From assembly GCA_964016885.1 (NCBI GenBank), contig OZ024742.1:356686001-356750000 (forward strand): 64,000 nt of DNA, read 5' to 3'. Positions 12,690-24,535 of this stretch are shown one piece after another. The translations under genes were made by a program, and so were the position numbers. Numbering within the stretch: position 1 is the stretch's first letter; the number at the start of each line of letters is the position of its first letter. The stretch is from Eledone cirrhosa (taxonomy: Eukaryota). The notes beneath the pieces are model-generated. The model was not told the DNA's origin. It ran no database searches and was given only the letters and a program-made list of their open reading frames with translations.

Positions 12690-12950
12690 ATGATACGAGC
12701 TGGGAGAGTGTAGAAGATTGCTCTCTGGAGTGCATAAACCCAGGTATAAGCCACTTCCCGATACCAGCAGATACAATGGAAGAAAGAATTACCCTGAAGG
12801 ATAGGGAGGGAGACATATCGACACAGCCATTTGAACTTGAAGTGCTTACTCTGGTGGGTGGCCAACTCTGCCCCAATAGCAGTGAGTAAGGAGGTGGTAT
12901 GGGGACCAAGGGCACCAGGCGTCTTCACAACTACAGGTTCAATGACAACG
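12690..12950 (-). mobile_element. CRE-clade non-LTR retrotransposon relic (restriction-like endonuclease C-terminus)
   Basis: EPVVVKTPGALGPHTTSLLTAIGAEL...WLCRYVSLPILQGN resembles the P..vEt.G..G...S...qrGN pattern; homologues at ~49270-49465 and ~62620-62755. Confidence 0.65.
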
Positions 12951-13489
12951 ATTTAAGGATGCCAGTTCTTTAAAAGGTACTTAGAAATGTGAGAACATTG
13001 CAAGAAGTCTTTACGTTTCAATTTTGTTATCGAGATTATTCAATATCTAAACATTGTTCTTCATTGCATAATCTGCAGACTTTGAGCCCAATTTATATAT
13101 GATCGTTATTTTTCTAATATCTAATTCATATGATACTGGATTTGAGAATGAGTAACTAAAGTCTTAAGTAGAGTTTAAATATTCTCTATTATGGATATGT
13201 GGTGAATCCTGTTACTCTAGAGTCATCACGTAGCCATAACAAAGAATACATATATATATGTGTATTTCTTTGATGCTTTCATGTCTTCATTTCACATTTG
13301 GCAATGCTACCGTTGGTGTTAACCTCCTACATAAATAGAAATCCAGGAATTAGTTGATAACTTATTTTTAAAAAAATAGTACAAGCATTGATATAAGAAA
13401 GGGCTTGTTGTCATAAAGTTCTTCCCCAAGTAAACATATTATCAGGTGTATACTAGTGTGGAAAATGGACATAGAAAGGAAACAATGAT

Positions 13490-13800
13490 GTATAGGAAGT
13501 AAGGAGCAGATAAAGCTGTTATTCTTCGAATTAAGAGATTATGATTCCGATTCTATGGGCATGTGGTTAGAATGTCTCAAGAAAGAATCACTGGACAAAT
13601 TTTACGAGGAAAACCAGCCAGCAGGAAACCAAGGAGCATACCTCCAAGCAAGATGGCTGGATAACATCTATAAGCTTGGCTGGTCTCATTTGGGGAACCA
13701 GCCAGATCAGTTGGAGATGGTTGCTTCTGACAGGACTTGCTGGAAAGAGTGTTTGAGGACTCTGCCACCATGACCCTCTCAGGAATAAGTGGCTGAAGAA
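13490..13800 (+). mobile_element. Old RTE-type LINE 3' relic (family C)
   Basis: FYGHVVR...ARWLDNIYKLGWS...DRTCWK; short (GAA)n end. Confidence 0.65.
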
Positions 13801-14219
13801 GTAGTTAAGATATCTTTAACTGAAGAGATAGTTGAAAGTTGGTTAAGGATTTCATAGTTGGGCAAAAACTTTCTTTTGTGATTTTGGGGGGATTTATTTT
13901 CTCATTTTTCTGTTGCCATTTTCTCATAGAAGCTGATCAATACTAACATTATTCTGGGATAATAACTTATTGTTCAGAGATAGATCATAATATTTGCGCA
14001 TTGTTTATGTCACATTAATATAATACATCACTTCCTGGTATCATATAGAGATTCAACTGTTCAATTTGTGATATGTTACTGATGCAGAATATGAAAAAAA
14101 TAGTCTGAAAATATAAGGAAATATAATAAAACAAACATATAAGTGTGTGTTGGGGGGGGGGGGGGTGCATGTGTGTTGGTGTGTATGTGTATAGCATGGA
14201 AAATGGACGTTAAATGATG

Positions 14220-14570
<351 letters not shown>

Positions 14571-14940
14571 TGTTAGAATACATGGCAAAAAACTGTGACA
14601 TTAAATCTAGTCAACTAAGAGATTGGATTTCCTCTCATGATTTTTTAAATCTCTTCATTTTTTTTTTTTTTTGACATTCACTATAAATTTTCTGAGTAAG
14701 CTGTTTCAACCACATTTCCTAATATATTATAATTATTTTAGCAAATCAAATAGTGAAACAAAAGAGTTAAACAAGGAAAGTAGAACTGAACAAAAAACAT
14801 TTGATAACCTCTATTTATTTCAGTCTCATTTATCTTTTCAATTTGCTTCAGAAACTCCTGATTAACAAGAGATATTACTTTCAAGTAGTAATGGTATATT
14901 TTTTATATATATACATGTGTGTGTGTGTGTGTGCATATCT

Positions 14941-15450
14941 ATCATCATCATCATCGTTTAACGTCCATATTCCACGCTTGCATGGGTCTGGACGGGAGTT
15001 TTCCCACTTGAGGCAAGAGTGGTTGTCTTGCTCGCATACGACTGTCTGGCGAGTTTTCTACGGCTGGATGCCCTTCCTAACACCAGCCACATTTACAGTG
15101 TGGAACTGGGAGGTTTTTACAGTGTTACCTACACGGCCACATTACAGCGTGGACTGTGTGTTTTTTGTTGTTTCGGGCTGGATGTTGTGACACCAGCATA
15201 ACTTTACATTGAAAGGGGTGGTGTGGAAGGGGTGTGGGTAGTGGGACGGGGTGTATTTTGTTAGTGGTGCCTACTGACTGTAGTAGGTTTCACTTTGTAC
15301 TTAAGGCGGGTCTTCTTTATTACTGTGTAGCGCCAAAGCTCTCGGTCCAGTGACATTGTCTTGGAGAGGTGTAAGTGTGTGAGGTCGGAATTTATCAAGT
15401 CATCCCAGGGTCTGCCTACTGCGTGGCTACTGTCTATTTTTATTGCCCTG
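14941..15450 (-). mobile_element. RTE 3' end with a single 112-bp module
   Basis: Reverse-complement homologue of 547-1317; VGRPWDDLINSDLTHLHLSK. Confidence 0.85.
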
Positions 15451-15513
15451 CAATTTTTTTTTTGTATAGATATATCCACCTTAAAGTATGTACTTTTTCC
15501 TGAAAATGATATG

Positions 15514-15544
<31 letters not shown>

Positions 15545-15547
<3 letters not shown>

Positions 15548-17065
15548 TCATCATCATCATCATCACCGTTTTACGTCCGTTCTTCTACGCTAGCATGGGT
15601 TAGACGGGTTGTCCTGTTGCGGGCAGTGTCTGGTCGGCTGACCATGCCTTGTTCATACAGGAACTGATTTGGCTTGATTTCTACAGCTGGATGCCCTTCC
15701 TAACACCAACCTCATTTACAGTGAGTGCTGGGTGCTTTTTCGTGGCACCTACACGTCCACTTTACAGTGTGGGCTGGGTGCTTTTTTGCCGTGGCACCTC
15801 CACGACCACCTTGCGGTGGGGTGTGTGGGGGCATATTGTCTATATGCTTCAGTTTGTACCCATGGGAGGTCTGGTACTCTGTATTACTGCATGACGCCAG
15901 AGGTCATGGTCGTGTGTCATTGCCTTTGAGAGGTGTAATTGGGTAAGGTCGGCTTTTATCACCTCATCCCAGGTCATCTTGGGTCTCCCCACTCTGCGGT
16001 TTCCATCGACTTCTAGTGCTCTGCACATTTTTATGCAGCTGTCATCCTTCATACGCATCACATGTCCATACCAGCGCAACCGCCTCTCCTGCACACAGCA
16101 TTTGATTCCTCTTATGCTCAGTTTCTCTCTCAATTCATTTATGCTTTGTCGTTCACGTATATTACTTTTTACACATCCATCGGAGCATGCAGGCTTCGTT
16201 TCTCTCTAATCTACGTAAGTCTTCCACCTTCAGCGCCCAGGTCTCACTACCATGCAACATCGCTGTTCGGATACACGCATCATACAGTCTGCCTTTCATT
16301 CTGTGGGAGAAGCCTTTTGCAGCTAGCAGTGGTAGTAGTTCCCTAAACTTCTTCCATCACGTTCTTACCCTAGTTATTGTACTTTCTGAACACCCACCTC
16401 CGCTGCTAATTCGGTCACCTAGGTAGCAGAAGCTGTCTAGTGTTTCTACAGAGCCCTCCCAGAGATTGGTGGTACTTGTTTCCTGTGGCTGTTTGCTGCT
16501 TGCTGTCCCAGCACAGCTGCTGCATGTGAAGCCTACATTCTTAATTAAGCTTCCTGAGATCCTGCTACATCTCTTGTGTACCCATTGTTTGCATTTGGGG
16601 CAGAGAATGGAATTCCTACTTACACCTTTCCTACATACTGAGCAAGGCCATTTCCCTGAGGGGATCTGGGTTCTGTTTTCTCGTCTACTTACAAGGACCT
16701 TAGTCTTTGTCATGTTGACTTTGAGACCCTTTCTTTCTAGTCCCTGCTTCCAAGTTTGAAATTTCTTCTCTAGTTCTACCATAGATTCAGCTATAAGTGC
16801 GAGGTCATCAGCATACAGGAGTTCCCATAGGCATCCGGTCTTAAACTCCTCCGTTATTGCCTACAGGACTATGATGAACAGGAGGGGGCTGTACGCTAAA
16901 TTCCTCACTATACTCATTGCTAATCCTAACTTTGCTGACTGCTCCCCTATACCTGGCTTGTACCGCTTTCACAAGCCATTCATCTACTCCTAGTTTTCTA
17001 AGAGCCCACCTGATTACAGCACGTGGATCTCTGTCAAAGGCTTTCTCAAGGTCGACAAATGCCAA
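15545..17065 (-). mobile_element. 5'-truncated RTE LINE (family B): RT core, C4HC3 zinc finger, long 3' UTR
   Basis: AFVDLEKAFDR, ELLYADDL, CSVC..CPKC..HKRC..CSSC, RRLRWYGH; frameshifts and stops; (TGA)n tail at 15545. Confidence 0.93.
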
Positions 17066-17139
17066 ATATATATATAAATGAAAGTATATAAATTATTGTG
17101 AGCGTGAAGCCAACAGTATTTCATAATATATATACACAC

Positions 17140-17688
17140 ATGTGCAGGAGAGGCGGTTACGCTGGTATGGACATGTGATGCGTATGAAGGATGACAGCTG
17201 CATAAAAAGGTGCAGAGCACTAGAAGTTGATGGAAACCGCGGAGTGGGGAGACCCAAGATGACTTGAGATGAGGTGATAAAAGCCGACCTTACCCAACTA
17301 CACCTCTCAAAGTCAATGACACACGACCGTGACTTCTGGCGTCACGCAGTAATACAGGGTACCCGACCTCCCATGGGTACATGCTGAAGCATATAAACAA
17401 TATGCCCCCCCCCCCCACCGCAAGGTGGTCGTGGAGGTGCCACGGCAAAAAAGCACCCAGCCCACACTGTAAAGTGGACGTGTAGGCGCCACGAAAAAGC
17501 ACCCAGCACTCACTGTAAATGAGGTTGGTGTTAGGAAGGGCATCCAGCTGTAGAAATCAAGCCAGATCAGTTCCTGTATGAGCAAGGCATGGTCAGCCGA
17601 CCAGACACTGCCCACAACAGGACAACCCGTCTAACCCATGCTAGCGTGGAAGAACGGACGTAAAACGGTGATGATGATGATGATGATG

Positions 17689-17689
<1 letters not shown>
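17140..17689 (+). mobile_element. RTE family B 3' end, inverted relative to the neighbouring copy
   Basis: Near-identical reverse complement of ~15545-16092. Confidence 0.92.
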
Positions 17690-17721
<32 letters not shown>

Positions 17722-17736
17722 GTGTGTGTGTGTGTG

Positions 17737-18172
17737 AAGGCGCATGGCTTAGTGGTTAGAGCATTGGGCTTGCAATCGAAAGGTTGTGAATTCAATTCTC
17801 AGACTGGGTGATGTGTCTTGAGCAAGACACTTTATTTCACATTACTCCAGTTTTCTCAGCTGTAGAAATGAGATGATAGGACTGGGGTCCCTATCATTCC
17901 ACTGCAAAGTGGTCGTGGAGGTGCCACGGTAGAAAAGCACCCAGCCCACACTGTAAAGTGGACGTGTAGGCGCCACTGAAAAAAAAGCACCCAACACTCA
18001 CTGTAAATGAGGTTGGTGTTAGGAAGGGCATCCAGCTGTAGAGATCAAGCCAGAATCAGTTCCTTTATGAGCAAGACGAGGTCAGTCAACCGGACATGGC
18101 CCACAACAGGACAAGCTGTCTAACCCATGCTAGGGTTTAAGAACGGACGTAAAAAGGTGATGATGATGATGA
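17737..18172 (+). mobile_element. tRNA-headed CORE-type SINE with RTE-derived module and family-B tail
   Basis: A-box TGGCTTAGTGG, B-box-like ATTCAATTC, CORE-like CTTGAGCAAGACACTT...CTCAGCTGTAGAAATG, then module and (TGA)n. Confidence 0.85.
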
Positions 18173-18879
18173 TCATATGTACAAAATACTATGTTTCTCT
18201 AAATATATATGACTCTCTCTATATATATATATACATATATCTTTTAATTTGAATTATTGATGCTCTGGACAAACGTTCATTTATCTTTTCTGCTGAGAAA
18301 CATAATCATCATACATATTCTATGTTATGATACCTTAACTTGGTATATATGTATGTGTAGGTAAAAGCCTGATCATGGCACACACCAAATGGTTTTGGCT
18401 TTTGTCAACATTGCAGACCCTCTCCCTCTCTGTGTACTTCGTCGAGTGCTCCAACCTGCATACTGAGGTGTTGGCAACAACCAACACATACTCAAAATTT
18501 ATATATATATATATCATCTGCTTATGTTAAACTTTCACTACTGGCATGGGTTGGATGAAACTTTCTGTGGTATTATCTTTTTTATCACTGGATAGCTTTC
18601 CTAATGCCAACCCATATTTCGTTTTAAGTATAGTGTATACTACCCTCATTCATCAGACTGGTGAGCTGTAGGACGTGTACTTTATGAAAACATGAATAAA
18701 TGGGACTCTACTGCTCTATTGCGTGTTCCAGCCTAGAGGCTGAGGCCATGGTACACAAAGAGTTGTGAGTTTCAGTTGTCAATGGCTATATGAGACACAT
18801 GCCATTTGGGGTATTTTAGTAGAGAGTAGATTCTCAGGGTTACTCCTACTCTGGCAATAATATATATATACATACCTAA

Positions 18880-19177
18880 CCTGAGTTCAATTCTCAGACT
18901 GGGTGATGTGTTGTTTCCTTGAGCAAGACACTTTATTTCACATTGCTCCAGTTTACTCAGCTGTAGAAATGAGATGATAGGGACTGGGGTCCCTATCATT
19001 CCACTGCAAAGTGGACGTGTAGGTGCCACGGCAAAAAATCACCCAGCACTCAATGTAAATGAGGTTGGTGTTAGGAAGGGCATCCAGCTGTAGAAATCAA
19101 GCCAGAATCAGTTCCCGTCCCACCCTTGCAAGCAGGGAAAAGTGGACATAAAATGATGATGATGATGGTGATGATGA
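18880..19177 (+). mobile_element. 5'-truncated CORE-type SINE with family-A tail
   Basis: Same body as 17737; ends CCGTCCCACCCTTGCAAGCAGGGAAAAGTGGAC(TGA)n. Confidence 0.85.
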
Positions 19178-19861
19178 TACCTAACCTTAGGAGATACATA
19201 GACAGACAGCTTCATAAGGCCCTCCTTCAGTAAGTTGTCAGTTAATAGACCTTTGCTTTGGATGCTTGTGCTTGAAATAATTTATTTTACCAGAACCACA
19301 AGAAATTGGAATAAAAGAATAAAGTACTATAGTTAATAAGGAGCATTGTAAGATGTGTCATAAATCATTGATAATGTTCAAAAACCCATTTTTGTTTTGA
19401 ACCATTCCTGCTTCACATTTGAAAAGTGAGTGATAGCCCTGAAATATCAAATTGAAATATACTGGATGAAAACATTTTGTTTTGTTTTATTGTCATCGTT
19501 TGCCCTTTATATATCTCTACTGCATTGTACAAGCTTTTTGAAACTTATCAGTCATGGAAAAACTATTTTCCGATGATTATCCTGTCATACATAAATGGAA
19601 AAAATGAAAGGAAATTTCATTTCTCACTCTTAGTACGGCTGTTACTCAAATATAAGTATGTATACGCACAAACATATATGTATACAGACGCACAGTAGTA
19701 TGTATATATATACATACATGCACACACATATATATATATGTACGTATGGGTCCACCGAACATTTATTATAATGCTCGGTTTGTTTGTAAACAAACATCCC
19801 AAATTAAGCTGTAGAGTGTTTAGCAACCATCGTTGCCCTTTTGTTCAACACTGACAAAGGA

Positions 19862-19904
19862 ACGATGTACTAGTTTCAAGCTTATTAGCTATCGTCAGCA
19901 TCGT
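19862..19904 (-). ncRNA. Minimal type I hammerhead ribozyme (Penelope-type)
   Basis: Minus strand reads ACGATG-CTGACGA-TAGCT AATA AGCTT-GAA-ACTAGT-A-CATCGT; GUA cleavage triplet; palindromic stem III. Confidence 0.8.
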
Positions 19905-20126
19905 ATACCTTTCAGCCAGATGATTAAACATCTGAAAGTATATACTTTTCTTATGCATATTAACGGCTGAGCAGCCTAATTTGCATATTGAGTGAGTTAG
20001 TCAGTTGGGCGCACCGAAAACGATAAATGACTAACTCACTCGATATGCAAATTAGGCTGCTCAGCCGTTAATATGCATGAGAAAAGTATATACTTTCAGA
20101 CGTTCAATCATCTGGCAGAAAGGTAT

Positions 20127-20169
20127 ACGATGCTGACGATAGCTAATAAGCTTGAAACTAGTACATCGT
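20127..20169 (+). ncRNA. Minimal type I hammerhead ribozyme (Penelope-type)
   Basis: ACGATG-CTGACGA-TAGCT AATA AGCTT-GAA-ACTAGT-A-CATCGT; predicted cleavage after A20163; stem I extends via AAAGG/CCTTT. Confidence 0.8.
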
Positions 20170-20286
20170 TCCTTTGTCAGTGTTGAACATAAGGGCAACG
20201 ATGGTTGCTAAACACTGTACAGCTTAATTCTGGATGTTTGTTTACAAACAAACCGAGCATTATAATAAATGTTTGGTGAACCCATA

Positions 20287-23200
20287 CATCATCATCATCA
20301 TCATTTTACGTCCACTTTTCCCTGCTTGCAAGGGTGGGACGGGTCTTATTCAGCACAGCATCTCTCCACTCATCACGGTCCTTCGTCATCTCCACCATGA
20401 GCTTCAATGATCTGAGGTCTGTTCTCACCACCTCCGCCCATGTTTTTCGTGGTCTACCTCTACCACGTCTTCCTTCAACTGGCAATTCCTGGCAATTCTT
20501 CACCCATCGGTCATCCTCCGTGCGCATCACATGTCCATACCACCTCAGTCTCCTCTCCCGTACACTACATTCTATCCCTCTCAGACACAGTTTCTCTCTC
20601 AACACATTTATGCTGGTTCGTTCACGCACATTTACACTGCACATCCAACGGAGAATGCTTGCCTCATTTCTCTCCAGCCATCGCATATCCTCTGCAGTTG
20701 CTGCACATGTATCACTACCATGCAGTATCGCGCTCCTCACACAGGCATCATACAACCGGCCTTTCGTACGCAGGGAGAAACCCTTCTTCGTCAACAGAGG
20801 AAGCAGCTCCCTAAACTTCTTCCAACCCATCCTTATTCTAGATACTATGGCCTCGGAACACCCTCCTACCATGCTAATCTGATTTCCTAGGTACCGGAAG
20901 CTATCCACCACTTCTATAGCGCCCTCCTGCATTTGAAAAATGTGTCTATCAATGCGACTTCTACTGTCTAATTTCCCTGTACATCTATTGCATACATATT
21001 TCTCCCTACCTGTTAGTTTGCCTGCTATCCCGCTACATATCTTGTGTACCCAGGATCTGCATTGTGTGAATTTTATAGAATTTATGCCAGCTCCTTTTCT
21101 GCATATCGAACATGGCCATTTCCCTGACGGAATCAGGGTTTTGTCCTCTTTTCTACTCATCAACACTTTTGTCTTAGTTAGATTCACTCTCAGTCCTCTT
21201 GTTTCCAACTGCTGTTTCCATATCCAGAATTTATTCTCTAGCTCCTCTACTGATTCTGCTATAAGAGCCAGATCGTCAGCATAGAGAAGTTCCCATGGAC
21301 AGCCAGTCTTAAACTCCTCTGTTATGGCTTGGAGGACTATAATGAACAAAAGCGGGCTGAGGACCGAACACTGATGTACTCCTACTTGTATCTGGAATTC
21401 CTCACTAAACTCCATTCCTACCCTGTTTTACTGAGAGTACCTCTGTACAAAGTGTGCACTGTCCTCACAAGCCATTCCTCAACACCCAGCTTCCTTAGGG
21501 ACCACCAGATGACAGATCGGGGTACCCTATCAAAGGCCTTCTCTAGTTCAACAAAGGCTAAGTATAGTGGCTTATTCTTCTCTAAGAACCTCTCTTGCAA
21601 TTGTCTCACCAAGAAGAGGGCATCTGTTGTACTCTTCCCAGGCACAAAACCAAACTGCATCTCATCTAGTTTGAACCTTTCTCTAATTAGTTGTGCTAAA
21701 ATCCTTTCTGCCACTTTCATAACCTGATCTATCAGTTTTATACCCCTATAATTGCTCCTCTCCAAAGCATCCCCTTTACCTTTGTAGCAATTTATGAGAA
21801 TACTGCTGCACCAGTCTTTGGGTATGACACCACCATATATAGCCTGATTGATGATGCGTGCAACCAGTTTAGTGCCTATGTCCCCTGATGCCTTCAGCAT
21901 CTCAGCAACTATTCCCGATGGTCCGGCAGCCTTACCATTTTTCATTTCCCTAATCGCCTCTTGGACCCTATATTCGTCAATCTCAATAGCTCGTCCCTCT
22001 GTCGGATCTACCAAGGGCAATTTCTCTCTCTCCCATTTGTTCTCCACATTCATCAGTCTCTCATAATGACATTTCCAGGCCTCCTTTTTCTGATCATTCG
22101 TGACACTAAGTACACCGGCATCATCCCGGACACATTTATCCCCAACAACATCCTGATTTGCATTGACACACTGCCTTGCAATGTGGAACACCGCACGCCT
22201 CTGATCTTCCCGTCGCAGAACATTGGCAATCCTCCTATTCTCTGCCTCCCTGCGTGCTAAGTACACCTGACGTCTAGCTTCTCTCTTAATGGCTGTATAT
22301 TCTTCCCTACTCCCACCCTTTTTCCAAGACTTCCATGCTAGTCTCTTTTGTCTCTAATAGCCTTATCTACTATGCTGTTCCACCACCAGGTCACTCTCTG
22401 TCTCGTTGGAGCTCTGCTCCAGCCACAAGTTTCATCAGTAGCCTGCAGCAAGTTGTCACGTAAGAAATTCCAGTTATTATCTATGTCATACGTCTCTAAA
22501 TCGTCTTTTTTTCGTCATATACATCTTGAAGGGCTTTCCTAAATTTGTATTTTAGTGAAAGGTATTTTAGCTTCCAGACCTTTCTTCTCCACACCTTCCT
22601 ATATGTCTCATTCCATCTCTTGCTTACTGAGATATCACTAACAACTAACCTATGCTGTGGGGTACATTCTTCCCCAGGGTATGCCTTGGTATTAGACACT
22701 ATCTGCCTGTCCCGCTGCCTAACTAGTAAGAAGTCAATCTGGCTTATGGGCTCACCAGATTTGTAGGTTATTAGGTGATTGGCAGGTTTCTGGAAGTTTG
22801 TGTTGCAAATAGTCAATGTACCTGCATCACAAAATTCAAGAAGTCTCACTCCTTCTTCATTTCTTGAACCGTAACCGTGCCCACCATGTACCCCAGTGTA
22901 ACCATCCTGGAGCTGTCCAACATGACCATTGAAGTCTCCTGCTAGCATAACGATGTCTCCGACCTCTGTCATTGCGGTTGTTTGCAAAAGTTGCTCATAA
23001 AAGCAGTCTTTCTCATCTTTGCCTAGGTCTGCTTAGGGAGCATAGGCCGAGATGATTGTCAGTAGTCTCCTACCTACAACTAATCTAAGCTTAATTATTC
23101 GATTACTAACTCGAACTACCTCTATTGTCTTATTGATCCATTTCTCAGCCAGGAAAATGCCTACTCCCCCTAACCCATCATCCTTACCTACCCGGAATAG

Positions 23201-23900
23201 CTTATAGCTAAGACGTTTGCCTACGACTAGTCTCGCAGAGGCACCTCTCCATCTCACCTTTTGCACGCAGCACACATCCAACTGCCTTCTCTCCAGCATC
23301 TCCTCTATTTCAGCAGATCTAACTCTGAGAGTGCCAACATTAAGTGTTGCAACTCTGAGATGCGACGTCTTCATATTTTGTTGTCGTTCCTATTTGTTGC
23401 TGTGCTGATAAGCGTTTTGGCATTGATACACTTGTAGCGGTTGTCTCCCTTGTGACTCACAACCCCAATAGATTAACATCTAGACGGGAAGTAGAACCCT
23501 TTCTGTAACTTCCGGTCAGAGCCCTATAAAACGAATAGCTTTCGGCTCTCTGCCTCTCATTTGCCCTTCCGGCGCCTGGCTTTCGCCAGGCGTCTTCTGC
23601 CAGCCGCGTTTGCCTGGCAATCAAAACGGTAACTACCAGCTTTGCTTCATTCTATCATTTATTTCTTTGACATGTCAACTATACTATCTACCATTGTTAA
23701 TTAAATATTATACACACAAACCATGTCTCGTTTTGTTACATTCATACAACCCAGTATCCTCGCTATACACTGGTCGGATGCCCTTCCTAACACCAGCGCC
23801 ACTTTACAGCATGGACTGGGTGCTTTTATTTGTGCCACAGCACTAGAGAGGATGTCTTACTAGACTCAAGGGCTCTCTCTACCCCTCCATTTTACAGCAT
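20287..23900 (-). mobile_element. Near full-length RTE-clade LINE (family A) with structured 5' UTR and (TGA)n tail
   Basis: Single APE+RT frame 23374-20306; 5' UTR hairpins at 23570-23620 and a GTTAGGAAGGGCATCC module at ~23775-23840; 5' boundary uncertain. Confidence 0.92.
20306..23374 (-). pseudogene. RTE ORF: AP endonuclease, reverse transcriptase and zinc finger, broken by stops and frameshifts
   Basis: ATLNVGTL, ISAYAP, AGDFNGHVG, SQIDFLL, QHRLV (APE); NYRGIKL, QFGFV, LEKAFDRV, LYADDL (RT); split over at least 4 ORFs. Confidence 0.93.
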
Positions 23901-24129
23901 GGTAATTAAAAAAAAAACAAAAAAACCTATTGACACGACGCACACACTGACACACCAACACTCATGCATACAAACCACAAACACACACATGCCACTCACA
24001 TACCAACACTCATTCATGCATACAAACACACACACCACTCACAAACATATATATATATATTACCGGCAGTACTGATACAAATACAAAATCATAATCATGT
24101 CAACTGTTGACTTTTCCCAGTCCAGTTTG

Positions 24130-24535
24130 TATATAATAATAATAATAATAATAATTGTTTGCTTTACGCTGGTAATGGCGGTGGTGGTGGTGAATGGTGG
24201 TGGATGGTGTCAGTGTAGTGGTGGTGTGTGGTGCTAGTGTGGTGGTGGTGGCAGTTGTTGGTGCTGTAATTGTTATTGTAGTTGCTGCTGCTGTTGCTGT
24301 TGTTGTCATTGTTGCTGTTGTCGCTGTTGTTGTTGTTGTTGTCGTTGTTGCTGCCGTCGCTGTTGTTGTTCTTCATTTCACTGCTGCTGTCGCTGCAGAC
24401 ATTGGTGTTGATGCTGTTATTGCTGTCGCATATATATAAATACATACATACACACACATTCAACGCAGACAACGGTGTTGTTGCCGTTGTTGTTGTTGGT
24501 GTTGCTGCTGTTGTTGTTGTAGTTGTTGCTGTGTT
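24130..24535. repeat. Mixed trinucleotide tract (AAT/GGT/GTT/GCT)
   Basis: Directly visible; gives poly-T/N/V/L frames on both strands. Confidence 0.9.

Larger units (their letters stand above)
19748..20283. mobile_element. 536-bp foldback element (256-bp arms, 24-nt spacer), GGG...CCC ends, possible AT TSD
   Basis: 19748-20003 is the reverse complement of 20028-20283 with about 11 mismatches by eye; AT on both flanks. Confidence 0.88.

Noticed and set aside
16880-16900. Short deletion in the RT QG.VLSP motif as a spliced intron
   Set aside because: About 30 nt by comparison with family A, too short for a typical intron; CAG microhomology explains it.
17737-17810. tRNA genes (also 30399, 36925, 42835)
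   Set aside because: A/B boxes belong to SINE heads that continue into CORE or Meta bodies; no complete cloverleaf.
20306-23374. Active autonomous LINE
   Set aside because: Several stops and frameshifts and altered conserved residues (VELEKAF, HQCS); this copy cannot encode a full protein.
23530-23565. Hammerhead-like motif in the RTE leader
   Set aside because: The core reads ATGAGA rather than CUGAnGA and stem I is poor.
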